A stretch of 64,000 nt of DNA from the NCBI RefSeq assembly GCF_049060185.1, contig NZ_JBMEQO010000002.1, one strand, 5' to 3'. Below the pieces are notes generated by a model, which was not told where the DNA came from, did not search any database, and was given only the letters and a program-made list of their open reading frames with translations. Made by a program: the position numbers and the translations under genes. Shown here one piece after another: positions 9,724 through 21,302 of this stretch (the first letter of the stretch is position 1; every line of letters begins with the position of its first letter). The stretch is from Nannocystis pusilla. Its GTDB lineage: Bacteria; Myxococcota_A; Polyangia; Nannocystales; Nannocystaceae.

Positions 9724-11615
9724 GTGTCCGAGCGCGACCGCTTCCTCGCCTTCGCCGCCCGGGCCGTGCCCGTCGCGTTCGGCGCCCGGCCGGCGCCCGG
9801 CGAGCTCGCCGCCCACTGGCGGGCCGCGACCCAGGCGATCGGCGCCCGCCTCGTCCTCGCCTGCGCGCGCGAGCGCCTCGTCGAATTCGACCTTCAGGAC
9901 ATGTCCCTTCGCACATGTTCCTTGAGCCTCCCGCTGCGACGGCGCCGGGCCTTCGAGCTGCACGCCGCCGACCTCGACTGCGCCGACCTCCCCGACCTCC
10001 CCGACCTGCTCCCACGCCTCCTGCCCGCGCTCGCCCCCGCCGCCCGCGCCCGGATCGCGCGCGAGCTCGCCGACAGCCGCTGGAACCTCGCCCTCGCCCG
10101 CCTCGCCGCCGACCTGCGCCATCGGACATGCTCTGAAGGCCAGCCTTGGCCTGCCCCGCTCGACCCCGAGAACCTGGTCGTCGACGGTCACCCGTGGCAC
10201 CCGATGAGCAAGACCCGGCTCGGCCTGCGCGCCTGGGAGAACCTGCGCCACGGCCCCGACCTCCTGGCCCAGGCAGCGGTCCACGCCGTCGACGTCGCCG
10301 CCGAACACGCCCAGCTGGCCGAGCCGGCCCTCTACGCCGACCTCGCGCGCGCCCTGTTCCCGGCCCCGCCGCCTGGCCTGGTCCGCCTGCCCGTCCACGC
10401 CCTTCAGCTACGCCGCCTCCCGCGCCTGCTCGGCCCGCTGTGGGGCCGCGAGGTCCGCCCCGCCGGCCTGCCCCCGCTCCACGCGCGGGCCCTGCTCAGC
10501 CTGCGCACCGTCGCCCTCGCCGCGCCCGCGCTGCACCTCAAGCTCGCCGTCGACATCCACACCACCAGCGCGCGGCGCCAGGTCTCGCCCGCCTCGGTCC
10601 ACAACGGCCCGGCGATCGCCGCCCTCCTGGCCGCGATCCAGGCCGCCGATCCGCAGACCCGCCGCGGCCTGCAGATCCAGCCCGACCTCGCCGCCGCCGG
10701 CCTGCACCTCGCCACGGCCCCGCCGCCGGCCAGCTCGGCGTCGTCCTTCGCCCCGATCCGCTCCCCTCGCCCGACAGCTCCACGCCGACCTCGCCGCACC
10801 CGCCGACCCGTCCCGCGCGACGTCGACCGCCCCGGACTCGCCCGCCGGCACACCTGCCTCTTCCGACCTGTCCTCCGAGACATTACCCTCACGACATGCC
10901 CCCTGGGACCTGTCCCGCGCGACATATTCATTCAATCATGTCCGATCGCGCACCCCGCAGCTCGTCGTCTGCGCCGCCCTCGGCGAGCGCCGGCCCGGCG
11001 GCGACCTCCTGTTGCGCGAGCTCGCCGCCGACTACCCCGGCGATCCGCGCGCGCGTCTCGCGGCCTTCTTCCACGACTACCTCGACCTCCTCGTCCCCGC
11101 GGCCCTGCGCCTGCTCACCGCCCACGGCGTCGCCCTCGAGGCGCACCTGCAAAACACCCTCCTCGTCCACGCCGGGCGCCCTGCGGCTTCGTCGTCCGCG
11201 ACCTCGGCGGAGTGCGGCTCCACCGCGGGCGGCTGGCCGCGGCCGGCCATGCCCCCGCGCTCGCCCCCGACTCCTTCACCTTGACCTCCGACCTCGCCGA
11301 GGCTCAGGGCAAGCTGCTGCACACCCTCGTGCACGCCCACCTCGCGGCTGTGATCGGTTGGGTCGACGACGCCGGCGGCCCCGACCCCGACGTCCTGTGG
11401 CCCGCGGTGCGACGGATCTGCCAGCGCGAGTGGGATCGCTGGGCCGCCGATCCGGCGCTCGCGCGCGCGTGCGCCGACGATCGCGCGTTCTTCTTCGCGG
11501 CCACCTGTCGCAGCAAGGCGCTGCTGCGCATGCGCATCGACGAACGCGTCAGCGATTACGCCTATACCGAGGTCGCCAACGCGCTCGCCGAGGGGTACTC
11601 TTCCCCGCCGCATGA
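9724..11615 (+). CDS. IucA/IucC-family NIS siderophore synthetase with C-terminal FhuF-like domain; frameshifted
   Basis: …[17 protein letters not shown]…, …[29 protein letters not shown]…, …[16 protein letters not shown]…[11 protein letters not shown]… lie in three frames. The stop overlaps the downstream ATG (ATGA). Repeat units sit inside it at 9891..9925, 10124..10135 and 10866..10945. Confidence 0.7.
9891..9925. repeat. GGACATGTCC-family repeat (2 units) inside the IucA/IucC N-terminal codons
   Basis: CCTTCAGGACATGTCCCTTCGCACATGTTCC encodes …[11 protein letters not shown]…. Confidence 0.55.
10866..10945. repeat. GGACATGTCC-family repeat cluster (about 5 units) in the middle of the IucA/IucC gene
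   Basis: GACCTGTCCTCCGAGACATTACCCTCACGACATGCCCCCTGGGACCTGTCCCGCGCGACATATTCATTCAATCATGTCCGATCGCG. It coincides with a reading-frame switch. Confidence 0.65.
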
Positions 11616-12540
11616 CGACCCGTCCGCTCGTGTTCGCCACCCCCGAGTACGGCTACTTGCAGGCCGCGCTGTGCGGCTCGGCCGCGCTGGAGGCCGGCGA
11701 GATCGACACCTTCGCCTTCCCTGACGGCGAGCGCTACCTCCGCCTCGTCACCCCGGTCGAGGGCCGCGACGTCGTCCTGATCGGCGGCACCGTCGACGAC
11801 GCCGCCGCGCTCACCCTGTTCGACCTCGCCTGCGGCGCCGTCCATTACGGCGCCCGCCGCCTCACCCTCGTCGTCCCCTACTACGGCTACGCGACGATGG
11901 AGCGCTCGACCAAGCCCGGCGAGGTCGTCACCGCCAAGACCCGCGCCGCGCTGTTCTCGGCCATCCCGCCGGCCTCCTACGGCAACCGCGTGCTCCTCCT
12001 CGACCTCCACGCCGAGGGCATCCCGCACTACTTCGAGGCCGGCCTGGTCGCCACCCACGTCTACGCCAAGCCGGTCATCCGCGACATCATCCTCGACATC
12101 GCCGGCGGCCAGCCCTTCGTGCTCGCCTGCACCGACGCCGGCCGCGCCAAGTGGGTCGAGTCGCTGGCCAACGACCTCGGGGTCACGGCAGCCTTCGTGT
12201 TCAAGCGCCGCCACGACGGCGAGCGCACCGAGATCACCGCCATCGACGCCCAGGTCGCCGGCAAGCCGGTCATCCTCTACGATGACATGATCCGCACCGG
12301 CGGCTCGCTGATCGGCGCCGCCCGGGCTATCAGCGCGCCGGCGCCGTCAGCCTGGCCGCGGTCGCCACCCACGGCATCTTCCCCGGCGACGCCCTGCACA
12401 AGCTGCAGGCCACCGGCCTGTTCTCCGCCATCGCCTGCACCGACAGCCACCCCGCGCGCGCGCCCTCGCGGCCGCCAGCGCCGGCGACCCGACCCCGCTG
12501 CGGGTCGCCTCGATCGCCCCCTCCTCGCGCCTCACCTCGC
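11612..12540 (+). CDS. Ribose-phosphate pyrophosphokinase (Prs)-family protein; 1 frameshift near 12330
   Basis: …[21 protein letters not shown]…, …[20 protein letters not shown]… (PRPP-binding loop). Confidence 0.7.
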
Positions 12541-12578
12541 AGGACATGTCCTTTAGACCCTGTCCCCGGAGACATTGA
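12541..12578. repeat. GGACATGTCC-family repeat immediately upstream of the nadE ATG
   Basis: AGGACATGTCCTTTAGACCCTGTCCCCGGAGACATTGA-ATG. It contains a GGAG that could serve as SD. Confidence 0.7.
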
Positions 12579-14556
12579 ATGCACCTCGTCCGCGTCGCCG
12601 CCGCCGCCCTCAACCAGACGCCGCTCGACTGGGACGGCAACCAGGCCCGGATCGTCGAGGCGATCCGCCTGGCCCGCCGCGAGGGCGTCGCCGTCCTGTG
12701 CCTGCCCGAGCTGTGCATCCCCGGCTACGGCTGCGAGGACGCGTTCTTCGGCCGCGGCACGATCCTCGAGTCGTGGCGGATCTTGCAGGAGCTGCTGCCC
12801 GAGACGAAGGGCATGGTCGTCGCGCTCGGCCTGCCGATCATGCACCGCGCCGCCAACTACAACGCGGTCTGCCTGGTCGCCGACGGCCACATCGTCGGCC
12901 TGGTCGGCAAGCGCTTCCTCGCCGGCGACGGCATTCACTACGAGCCGCGGTGGTTCAAGGGCTGGCCGGCCGGCAAGTTCGTGCAGTGGGAGCACGACGG
13001 CCACAGCTACCCGCTGGGCGACCAGATCTTCGAGGTCGGCGGCCTGCGGATCGGCTTCGAGATCTGCGAGGACGCGTGGGTCCCGAACCGCCCCGGCGTC
13101 GAGCTCGCCAGCCAGGGCGTCGACGTGATCTGCAACCCCAGCGCCAGCCACTTCGCGTTCGGCAAGCACGAGGTGCGCAAGCAGATCGTCCTCAACGCCT
13201 CACGCAGCTTCCGCGCCACCTACGTCTACTCCAACTTCATCGGCAACGAGGCCGGCCGCGTCATCTACGACGGCGAGTGCATGATCGCCTCATCCGGCCA
13301 CCTGATCGCCGAGGGCCGCGGCTCGGCTACAAAGACGTCTACGTCACCAGCGCCGTGGTCGACGTCGACCTCGCGCGCATGGTCCACGCGCGCACGACCT
13401 ACGCGCCCACGGTCGACGACAATGTCCGCCGGATCACCCGGTTCGACATGCAGCTGCCGACCGCCGACCTGCCGCCGCACGCCATCGCCCCCGACGACGC
13501 GCTGCGCAACGACAAGCGCGAGGAGTTCTCGCGCGCCGTCGCTCTCGGCCTGTTCGACTACCTGCGCAAGAGCCGGTCGCGCGGCTTCGTCGTCTCGCTC
13601 AGCGGCGGCGCCGACTCGGCCGCGGTCGCCTACCTCGTCCACCTCATGGTCACTCTGGCCACGCAGGAGCTCGGCGTCGCGGCCACCTGCGCCCGCCTCG
13701 GCCTGCCCGAGGGCTCGTGCACCACCCCGCGGGCGATCGTGCGGGCGCTCCTGACTTGCGTCTACCAGGCGACCGCCAACAGCTCCGACACCACCCGCAA
13801 CGCCGCCCGCGCGGTCGCCGAGGCCGTCGGCGCCGAGTTCCTCGAGTTCGACGTCGACCCGCTCGTGCGCGCCTACGTGCGCACGGTCGAGGGCGCGATC
13901 GGCCGCGAGCTCGGCTGGAAGAGCGACGACATCGCCCTGCAGAACATCCAGGCCCGCGCCCGCGCCCCGGCGTGTGGCTGCTGGCCAACCTGCGCGGCGC
14001 CCTCCTGCTGGCCACCAGCAACCGCAGCGAGGCCGCCGTCGGCTACGCCACCATGGACGGCGACACCTGCGGCGGCCTGTCGCCGATCGCCGGCATCGAC
14101 AAGGCCTTCCTGCGCCAGTGGCTGCGGTGGGTCGAGCTCGAGGGCCCCGCCGGCGTCGGCCCCACGCCGGCCCTGAGCGCCGTCAACGTCCAGGCCCCGA
14201 CCGCCGAGTTGCGGCCCGCCGGGGCCAAACAGACCGACGAGGACGACCTGATGCCGTACCCGATCCTCGACGTCATCGAGCGCGCCGCCATCCGCGACAA
14301 GCTCGCGCCGAAAGAGGTCTACCGGGTCCTCGCCAGCCGCTTCCCCGAGCACGGCCGCGACCAGCTGCTGCTGTGGATCAAGCGCTTCTTCCGCCTGTGG
14401 AGCCAGAACCAATGGAAGCGCGAGCGCTACGCCCCGAGCTTCCACCTCGACGACGAGAACCTCGACCCCAAGACGTGGTGCCGCTTCCCGATCCTCTCGG
14501 GCGGCTTCGTGCGCGAGCTCGCCGAGCTCGACAACGTCGTGCCGAAGAGCGGCTGA
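12579..14556 (+). CDS. nadE: Glutamine-dependent NAD+ synthetase (nitrilase + NAD synthase domains); about 2 frameshifts
   Basis: N-terminal CN-hydrolase (…LCLPELCIPGYGCEDAF…, …GFEICEDAWVPNRP…). C-terminal NAD synthase (…GFVVSLSGGADSAAVAYLV…). Pieces in ORFs 12579.., 12575.., 13717... Confidence 0.85.
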
Positions 14557-14565
14557 GCCTGGCTA

Positions 14566-14598
14566 GGGGCATGTCCCCGAGGACATCCCGCAGGACGC
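14566..14598. repeat. GGACATGTCC-family repeat (2 to 3 units) downstream of nadE
   Basis: GGCTAGGGGCATGTCCCCGAGGACATCCCGCAGGAC. Confidence 0.65.
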
Positions 14599-14756
14599 GC
14601 GCCCCCGCGATCGCGGTTGAGCCTGCCAGGCGATTCCGACCTGCCCGAAAAGACAGCCGCCCGACCGCCGGTAAAATCCCCGGCCTCCCGCGCCTGAGAT
14701 CGCCGCGGCGCAGCACCTGCGCGGGCGTGCAGCCGATCGCGCGCTAGCCTGCCCGT

Positions 14757-15458
14757 ATGCGCCGAACGAGCCTCTCGCTGTGCCTGCTCGTCGCGTGCGC
14801 CGCCGCCATGGACGAACCGTCACATGCCCGCAGCCGGATGGTCGAGCAGCAGCTCGTCGCGCGCGACATCACGGACGAGGCTGTCCTCTCCGCCATGCGC
14901 CGGGTCCCACGCGAGCGCTTCGTCCCGCCGGAGGATCAGCGCTACGCCTTCGGCGATCATCCGCTGCCGATCGGCCACGGGGCCACGATCAGCCAGCCCT
15001 ATGTCGTCGCGCTCATGACCCAGCTGGCGCATGTCAAGCGGGGCGACCGCGTCCTCGACGTCGGCACCGGCTCCGGCTATCAGGCCGCCGTCCTCGCGGA
15101 GATGGGCGCCGAGGTCTACAGCATCGAGGTCGTCACCGACCTCGCGGAGCGAGCCGCGACGCTGCTCGCAGAGCTCGGCTACGACAACGTCCACGTGCGC
15201 GCCGGCGACGGCTACCGCGGCTGGCCCGAGGCCGCGCCGTTCTCCGCCATCATCGTCGCCGCCGCCGCGCCCACCCTCCCGCGCCCGCTCACCGAACAGC
15301 TGGCCGTCGGCGGCCGCCTGGTGATCCCCATCGGCGAATTCGTGCAGGACCTGCAGGTCCTGGAGAAACGCCCGCGCGGCGACCTGCACGTCGAGACCGT
15401 CCTGCCGGTGCGCTTCGTGCCGATGGTCGGCGAGGTCGAATCGCAGCCGCGGTACTGA
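14757..15458 (+). CDS. pcm: Protein-L-isoaspartate O-methyltransferase with N-terminal signal/lipobox
   Basis: …GHGATISQPYVVALMTQ…, …VLDVGTGSGYQAAVLAEMG…. The ORF is intact. Confidence 0.85.
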   Translation: MRRTSLSLCLLVACAAAMDEPSHARSRMVEQQLVARDITDEAVLSAMRRVPRERFVPPEDQRYAFGDHPLPIGHGATISQPYVVALMTQLAHVKRGDRVLDVGTGSGYQAAVLAEMGAEVYSIEVVTDLAERAATLLAELGYDNVHVRAGDGYRGWPEAAPFSAIIVAAAAPTLPRPLTEQLAVGGRLVIPIGEFVQDLQVLEKRPRGDLHVETVLPVRFVPMVGEVESQPRY

Positions 15459-15502
15459 CGGCTGCCCCGACCCGTTGTGAATCACTCCGCGGAGAGCCGC
15501 CG

Positions 15503-16219
15503 TCAACCGCGACCCGCGAGCAGCCGTTCGGTCCAGCGCTGTAGCGCCGCGAGCCGGGCCTGCTGCCGCCCGTCGCCGGCCTGCAGCGCCGCGCGCGTCA
15601 TGCAGAACACGTCGGACGTGATTGTGCCGACCTCGGGGTAGTCCTCCTCGAGCGAGCCGAGCTCGACCGCGCCGACCGCCGCCAGCAACGGCCGGGTGAC
15701 CAGGTTGCGCACCGGCCGGGCGACGACGGTGGCGAACACGAGGTCGCAGCCGTCCTCGAGCAGCCGCGCCAGCGCCCGCCACGCCAGGGCCGGCGCGCAC
15801 AGCCTGTACTTCGGGTCAGGCAGCACCGCGAGCTGATCGAGGTAGCCGAGGCGCAGCCCCTCGAGCGCCGCGAGCTCGCCGGCGCCGAGGCCCTCGCCCC
15901 AGGCGATGTGGGCGCGGCGCTGCCACAGCGCGCTGTGGCGCAGCGACGGATCCGGCAGCGCGGTGACGAAGCCGACCACCCGCGGGCCGTCGAGCAGGAC
16001 ATCGACCTGTGCCCCGGCCAGCAGCGCCTCGTACTGCGCGCGCGAGGAGCCGAGCAGAAATCCGCCGCGGCTGCTCTCGGCGACCCCGGGGTCGGGCTGC
16101 ATCCGCAGCTGCTGCTTGATCTGCAGCATGGCCTCGGCGTCGCCGAGGACGCCCGCCCGCAGGCGCAACACCGGCGATGGTGTTTGGGACATGTCCATCC
16201 GGTCAGCTTCGAGGTTCAT
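15503..16219 (-). CDS. GNAT-like acetyltransferase-family hypothetical protein
   Basis: The ATG at 16219 overlaps the desaturase stop (ATGA). Weak GNAT-like pattern. A GGACATGTCC unit lies in codons 6 to 12 (…DRMDMSQT…). Confidence 0.4.
   Translation of the reverse strand: MNLEADRMDMSQTPSPVLRLRAGVLGDAEAMLQIKQQLRMQPDPGVAESSRGGFLLGSSRAQYEALLAGAQVDVLLDGPRVVGFVTALPDPSLRHSALWQRRAHIAWGEGLGAGELAALEGLRLGYLDQLAVLPDPKYRLCAPALAWRALARLLEDGCDLVFATVVARPVRNLVTRPLLAAVGAVELGSLEEDYPEVGTITSDVFCMTRAALQAGDGRQQARLAALQRWTERLLAGRG
16184..16200. repeat. Single GGACATGTCC unit at the desaturase/GNAT junction
   Basis: TTTGGGACATGTCCATCC. Confidence 0.55.
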
Positions 16220-17180
16220 GGCGCCGCCTCCGGGCGGTCGACGAAGATGGGTCCGCGCAGCTGCTGCAGCACCGCGCCGAGGACCGTGCGGACCTCGCCG
16301 GGCGCCGGCCCGCGCAGGCGCCTCGCAGGCAGCATGTACCACGGCAGCCGCGGGTCGCCGTGGTGGGTGCTGTGCTCGTGGAAGTTGAGAAGCAGCCAGC
16401 TGAACAGCCGCCCCGGCGCGAGCGAGCGGACGTTGCCGCGGACGTCGGCGCCGAGCGGCGTGCGGTAGTGATAGATGTAGACCAGCAGCGAATAAATCCA
16501 CGCGAACGCGAGCGTGGGCAGCCCGAGAGTGGCGAGGTACACGTCGCGGCCCCAGACGCGCCACACCAGCGCGTGCACTGCGACGCCGAGGCCGAGCTCG
16601 ATCCAGGCGCGCAGCCGATGCCGCCCGCGCCAGCCCTTGAAGGCCGGGGAGATCCGGCAAGCCACGCGGACCGGCATCAGCAAGAAGAGGACGACCGAGA
16701 CCAGCCCGTGGATGTAGAAGCCTCCGAAGAACACGCCGAGCAGCCACCCCGCCCAGCCGATCGCCCACGCGAGGCTCCGCCGCCAGCCGGGCGCGCGGCA
16801 GCAAGACGACGTCGAGCGTGGCGATCTTGGGCGCTCGCCGGTTGTGCCCGTGATGGAAGGCGTGGATCTTGCGCACGACGGTCAGCGGCGCGAGCAGCGG
16901 CGCGAGCATCAGCGTGCCGACCAGATCGTTGAGGCGGGCGTGGTCGGGGAACAGCTTGCGATGCACGGCCTCGTGCCCGACCGTGAACATGCGGTCCATC
17001 CACAGCCCGAGCGCGAGCACCAGCGGCGCCTGCACCCACGCCCCCGCCCCCGCCTGCGCGGCCCATGCCGCCGCGCCGAGGAGGACGCCGTAGAGGCTGA
17101 CGGTCTCGAACACCAGCGCCGCCGACAGCCAGTTGTGCGCCGGCGACCGTGCCGACGCCCCGAACACCTCATTCGCCATG
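16216..17180 (-). CDS. Membrane fatty-acid desaturase family protein; 1 frameshift near 16750
   Basis: Three His boxes are present: HEAVHRKLF, HAFHHGH and HEHSTHHGDPRLPWYMLP. N- and C-halves lie in ORFs 15503..17203 and 16216..16734. Confidence 0.7.
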
Positions 17181-17440
17181 GAGCCCTCTCCCCGCCGCAT
17201 CACGCCGGCCTCCGGAACGTTGTGACGACCGCGTCCGCCGGCGCATGCGCCGACGTGGAGCAGTCCACGAGGACAGACCGATCGTCCGAGTCATCATGTC
17301 TCGAGGCTCGAGCGAGGAGTCGCCGGAGCAGCCCGAAAATTGCCGTGCCTGGCGATTTTCTGCGCGGATGCAGCAGCGCCGGCCGGCGCCCACGGCCGCA
17401 GCTCGCGCCGGCCGGCAGGCGCGCCGCCGCTCCGCCAAGC

Positions 17441-17923
17441 TCAGGTCGCGGTCGCCTTGTCCCAATTGCCGAACGGCATCGGCTTGCCGGTCTCGAGGAA
17501 CGTCTTGAGGTTGGAGAGAATGCCCGGCCACCCGCGCGACACGCCTGCCAGCACCTTGCTGTCGGGGATGAACTCGTCGTGCGTCAGCGTCAGTCGGACC
17601 ATCGGCCCGAGCGGCTTGAGCTCGAACGTCACGCGCGAGGCCGGCTCGGTCGCCGCGCCGTGGTCGACCCCGAACGTATACGAAAGCACCGTCGTCGGCT
17701 CGCAGCGCAGCACCTCGCCGGTGATGTCGGTCTTGCGGCCCTCGTCGTAGCGGTACACGATCGGCGCCCCCGGCTCCCACGTCGATTCGACCCGACGCCC
17801 GCCCCAATACTTCTCGGTGAAGTCGCCCCGCGTCAGCGCCTCCCACAGCTTCTCCGCCGTGGTGGTGATGAACGTGACATACACGAAGCTGGGTTTAACC
17901 GTTGTCGTCGTCGTCGTCGTCAT
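17441..17923 (-). CDS. SRPBCC/AHSA1 (Aha1-like) domain protein
   Basis: Intact ORF. It starts MTTTTTTTT and overlaps the arsR 3' end by 29 bp. Confidence 0.8.
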   Translation of the reverse strand: MTTTTTTTVKPSFVYVTFITTTAEKLWEALTRGDFTEKYWGGRRVESTWEPGAPIVYRYDEGRKTDITGEVLRCEPTTVLSYTFGVDHGAATEPASRVTFELKPLGPMVRLTLTHDEFIPDSKVLAGVSRGWPGILSNLKTFLETGKPMPFGNWDKATAT

Positions 17924-18236
17924 GATCGCGTCTCTCCTCGAGGCTCGTCTTGAGGGCGGACAGGGCCGCCAGGTGATGTTGTTGGTACTTGCCGATCCAC
18001 CGCTGGTAGATCTCGTGGATCGGCACCGGGTTGAGGTAATGCAGCTTCTCCCGCCCGCTGCGGACCACGACCACCAGGTTGGCCGCCTCGAGCACCGCGA
18101 GGTGCTTGGCCACCGCCTGGCGCGTCATGTCCAGCTGCTCGCACAGCGCGTGCAACGTCTGCCCGTTCTCGCAGAACAGCCGGTCGAGCAATTGCCGCCG
18201 CGTCGCGTCGGCCAGCGCCTTGAACACCTCGTCCAT
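17895..18236 (-). CDS. ArsR/SmtB-family transcriptional regulator
   Basis: HTH motif …LHALCEQLDMTRQAVAKHLAVLEAANLV…. It ends …DHDDDDDDNG*. Confidence 0.8.
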   Translation of the reverse strand: MDEVFKALADATRRQLLDRLFCENGQTLHALCEQLDMTRQAVAKHLAVLEAANLVVVVRSGREKLHYLNPVPIHEIYQRWIGKYQQHHLAALSALKTSLEERRDHDDDDDDNG

Positions 18237-18257
18237 GGTGCGGATGGGATAGTCCTA

Positions 18258-18284
18258 TCATGCAACTTATTGGTTGCATGTCAA
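18258..18284. promoter_or_regulatory. Candidate ArsR operator (inverted repeat ATGCAAC-N6-GTTGCAT) upstream of arsR
   Basis: TCATGCAACTTATTGGTTGCATGTCA lies 22 bp upstream of the arsR start, in a locally AT-richer stretch. Confidence 0.4.
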
Positions 18285-18399
18285 GACCAGGCAAGCGCTC
18301 CGAGCATCGCGCGATCCGCCCGCATCGCGCGACGCCCGCGATTCGTCTCGCAGGCGCAGCCCCGAATGCTAGCGAGCGCCCGAGGCCCGCCTCGTGGCC

Positions 18400-19641
18400 T
18401 CAAGACAGCTTCAATGTGAAGCTCGCGGATGTGCCATCAGCGACGCCATCCGCCGCGCACTCGCAAGCGCCGACCTGCAGCCGGCGCCACGCTTCGCCGC
18501 TCACTTCGGCGCTTCGGAGCGCCGGTGCCCGCCGAGCTTGAGCTTCATCCCCCTGCCCCGGGTCCGGCGCCGGCGCCTGCGGCTCGCTCGGGGTCGTCGT
18601 CTCCTCGCCCGCGCTCGCCGTCGGCTCCGTGCTCTCGCTCGGCGTCGCCGCGGGTTCTTCGCTCGCGCGCGGCTCTGCGATCCCGAGCCCGCGGTCGACC
18701 TCTGCCAGGCGGTCTTCGCGGGCCGCCTTCTCTTCCATCAGGATGAGGTTGATCCAGCGCTCGTCGGCGAACGACACCGTGCCGTCGGTCGCCACCGTGT
18801 ACTCGACCTGCGGCGAGATCGGGCGGACGAACGAGTTGGGCGCGCGCGGCATCTGGATGTCGCGGAGCACCACCGACAGACACTCCTGGACCTTCTGCGG
18901 CAGCGAGTTGGGCTCGACGCGGCTGACCAGGGTGTTGCCGTCGCGGTCGACCAGGTTGAGGCCCTCGACCGGGTACGTCCCGGCGCCGACGCGGCGCTCG
19001 AGGCAGCCCTTGCCGCGGATGGCCGCGATCGCCTGTTGCCGGCGCAGCTCGGCCTTGGCTTGCGGCGACTTGTCCTCCGAGCCGTCGCCGAGGCTGACCC
19101 AGTAGATCACGTCGAGGTACTGCACCACCCCGCTGCGGTTCTTGATCCACTTGCGGCCCTGGATCGCCTCCATGATGCACGGCTCGATCTCGGGGTCCTT
19201 GAAGCCCGTGTCGAGCACCTCCGTGCGCAGCACCTCGCCGTCGGGCGACAGGCGGGTGCGGATCTTGACCTGACCCTCGGGCACGTCGAGGTACGCCTCT
19301 TCGCCGTCGCGCTTGCCTCGCTTCATCGTCTCGATCGCCCGGTTGACGAAGCAGGCCGCGGCGGGCGGCCGCAGGGCCTGGGCGATCTCGTTCAGGCGCT
19401 GCAGGTCGAACAAGTTCTCGGCGCGCTTCGACGGCAGGATGATCACGCCCTCGCTGCTGCTGCGGACCGCCTTTTGGATGTAGCGCGTGCCCTGGCCGAA
19501 CGAGTTGAGGCCGGTCGGCGGCGCGCCTTGCGGGCCGCGCACGCGGGGCCAAAAGGGCGAGGCACGACGCCAGCGCGGCCATCGGCGCGAAATGCGCCGC
19601 ACGCCCTCGCGGTTTGCTTCCGGGTTCCTCTCGGAGCGCAT
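18400..19641 (-). CDS. Hypothetical protein with Glu/Thr/Pro-rich C-terminal tail
   Basis: Long coding-like ORF (…[40 protein letters not shown]…). No domain recognised. Start uncertain. Confidence 0.4.
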   Translation of the reverse strand: MRSERNPEANREGVRRISRRWPRWRRASPFWPRVRGPQGAPPTGLNSFGQGTRYIQKAVRSSSEGVIILPSKRAENLFDLQRLNEIAQALRPPAAACFVNRAIETMKRGKRDGEEAYLDVPEGQVKIRTRLSPDGEVLRTEVLDTGFKDPEIEPCIMEAIQGRKWIKNRSGVVQYLDVIYWVSLGDGSEDKSPQAKAELRRQQAIAAIRGKGCLERRVGAGTYPVEGLNLVDRDGNTLVSRVEPNSLPQKVQECLSVVLRDIQMPRAPNSFVRPISPQVEYTVATDGTVSFADERWINLILMEEKAAREDRLAEVDRGLGIAEPRASEEPAATPSESTEPTASAGEETTTPSEPQAPAPDPGQGDEAQARRAPALRSAEVSGEAWRRLQVGACECAADGVADGTSASFTLKLS

Positions 19642-19711
19642 CGCCCCGGGGTGTAGCACGCCGCGGCCCTTCCCGCGGCGGCCGAAGTTGGCTATGGGAA
19701 CGGGGCAGCAC

Positions 19712-20832
<1,121 letters not shown>

Positions 20833-20848
20833 AGCCTGCTGTCGCTTC

Positions 20849-20903
20849 GTACCTGTCCCCGCGTACCTGTCCCCGAGTACCTGTCCCCGACAACCTGCCC
20901 CGA
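20849..20903. repeat. 14-bp tandem repeat x4 (TACCTGTCCCCGNG) between gcvT and gcvH
   Basis: TACCTGTCCCCGCG / TACCTGTCCCCGAG / TACCTGTCCCCGAC / AACCTGCCCCGAAG. It ends 9 nt before the gcvH ATG. Confidence 0.8.
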
Positions 20904-20912
20904 AGTTTCACC

Positions 20913-21302
20913 ATGAGCAACGTACCGAGCAACCTCCGCTACACCAGAGACCACGAGTGGGCCCGCCTCGAGGGCGACGGCACCGTCGTCGTCGGCATCA
21001 CCGACCACGCGGCCAACACCCTCGGCGACATCACCTTCGTCGACGTGCGGGTCGCCCCCGGCGCCAAGGTGACCGCCGGCGACCTGTTCGGCACGGTCGA
21101 CTCGGTCAAGGCCGTGAGCGACCTGTTCGTCCCGGTCGACGGCGAGGTGGTCGAGGTCAACGGCGAGCTCGAAGCCACGCCCGAGGACGTCAACACCGAC
21201 TGCTACGGCGACGGCTGGATGGTCCGGATCCGCCCGAGCGACGCCGCCGCGTTCGAGCGGCTGCTGACCGCCGCGCAGTACGAGGCTCTCCTCCAGGAGT
21301 GA
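20913..21302 (+). CDS. gcvH: Glycine cleavage system H protein
   Basis: …[24 protein letters not shown]… (lipoyl-lysine region). Confidence 0.9.
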   Translation: MSNVPSNLRYTRDHEWARLEGDGTVVVGITDHAANTLGDITFVDVRVAPGAKVTAGDLFGTVDSVKAVSDLFVPVDGEVVEVNGELEATPEDVNTDCYGDGWMVRIRPSDAAAFERLLTAAQYEALLQE

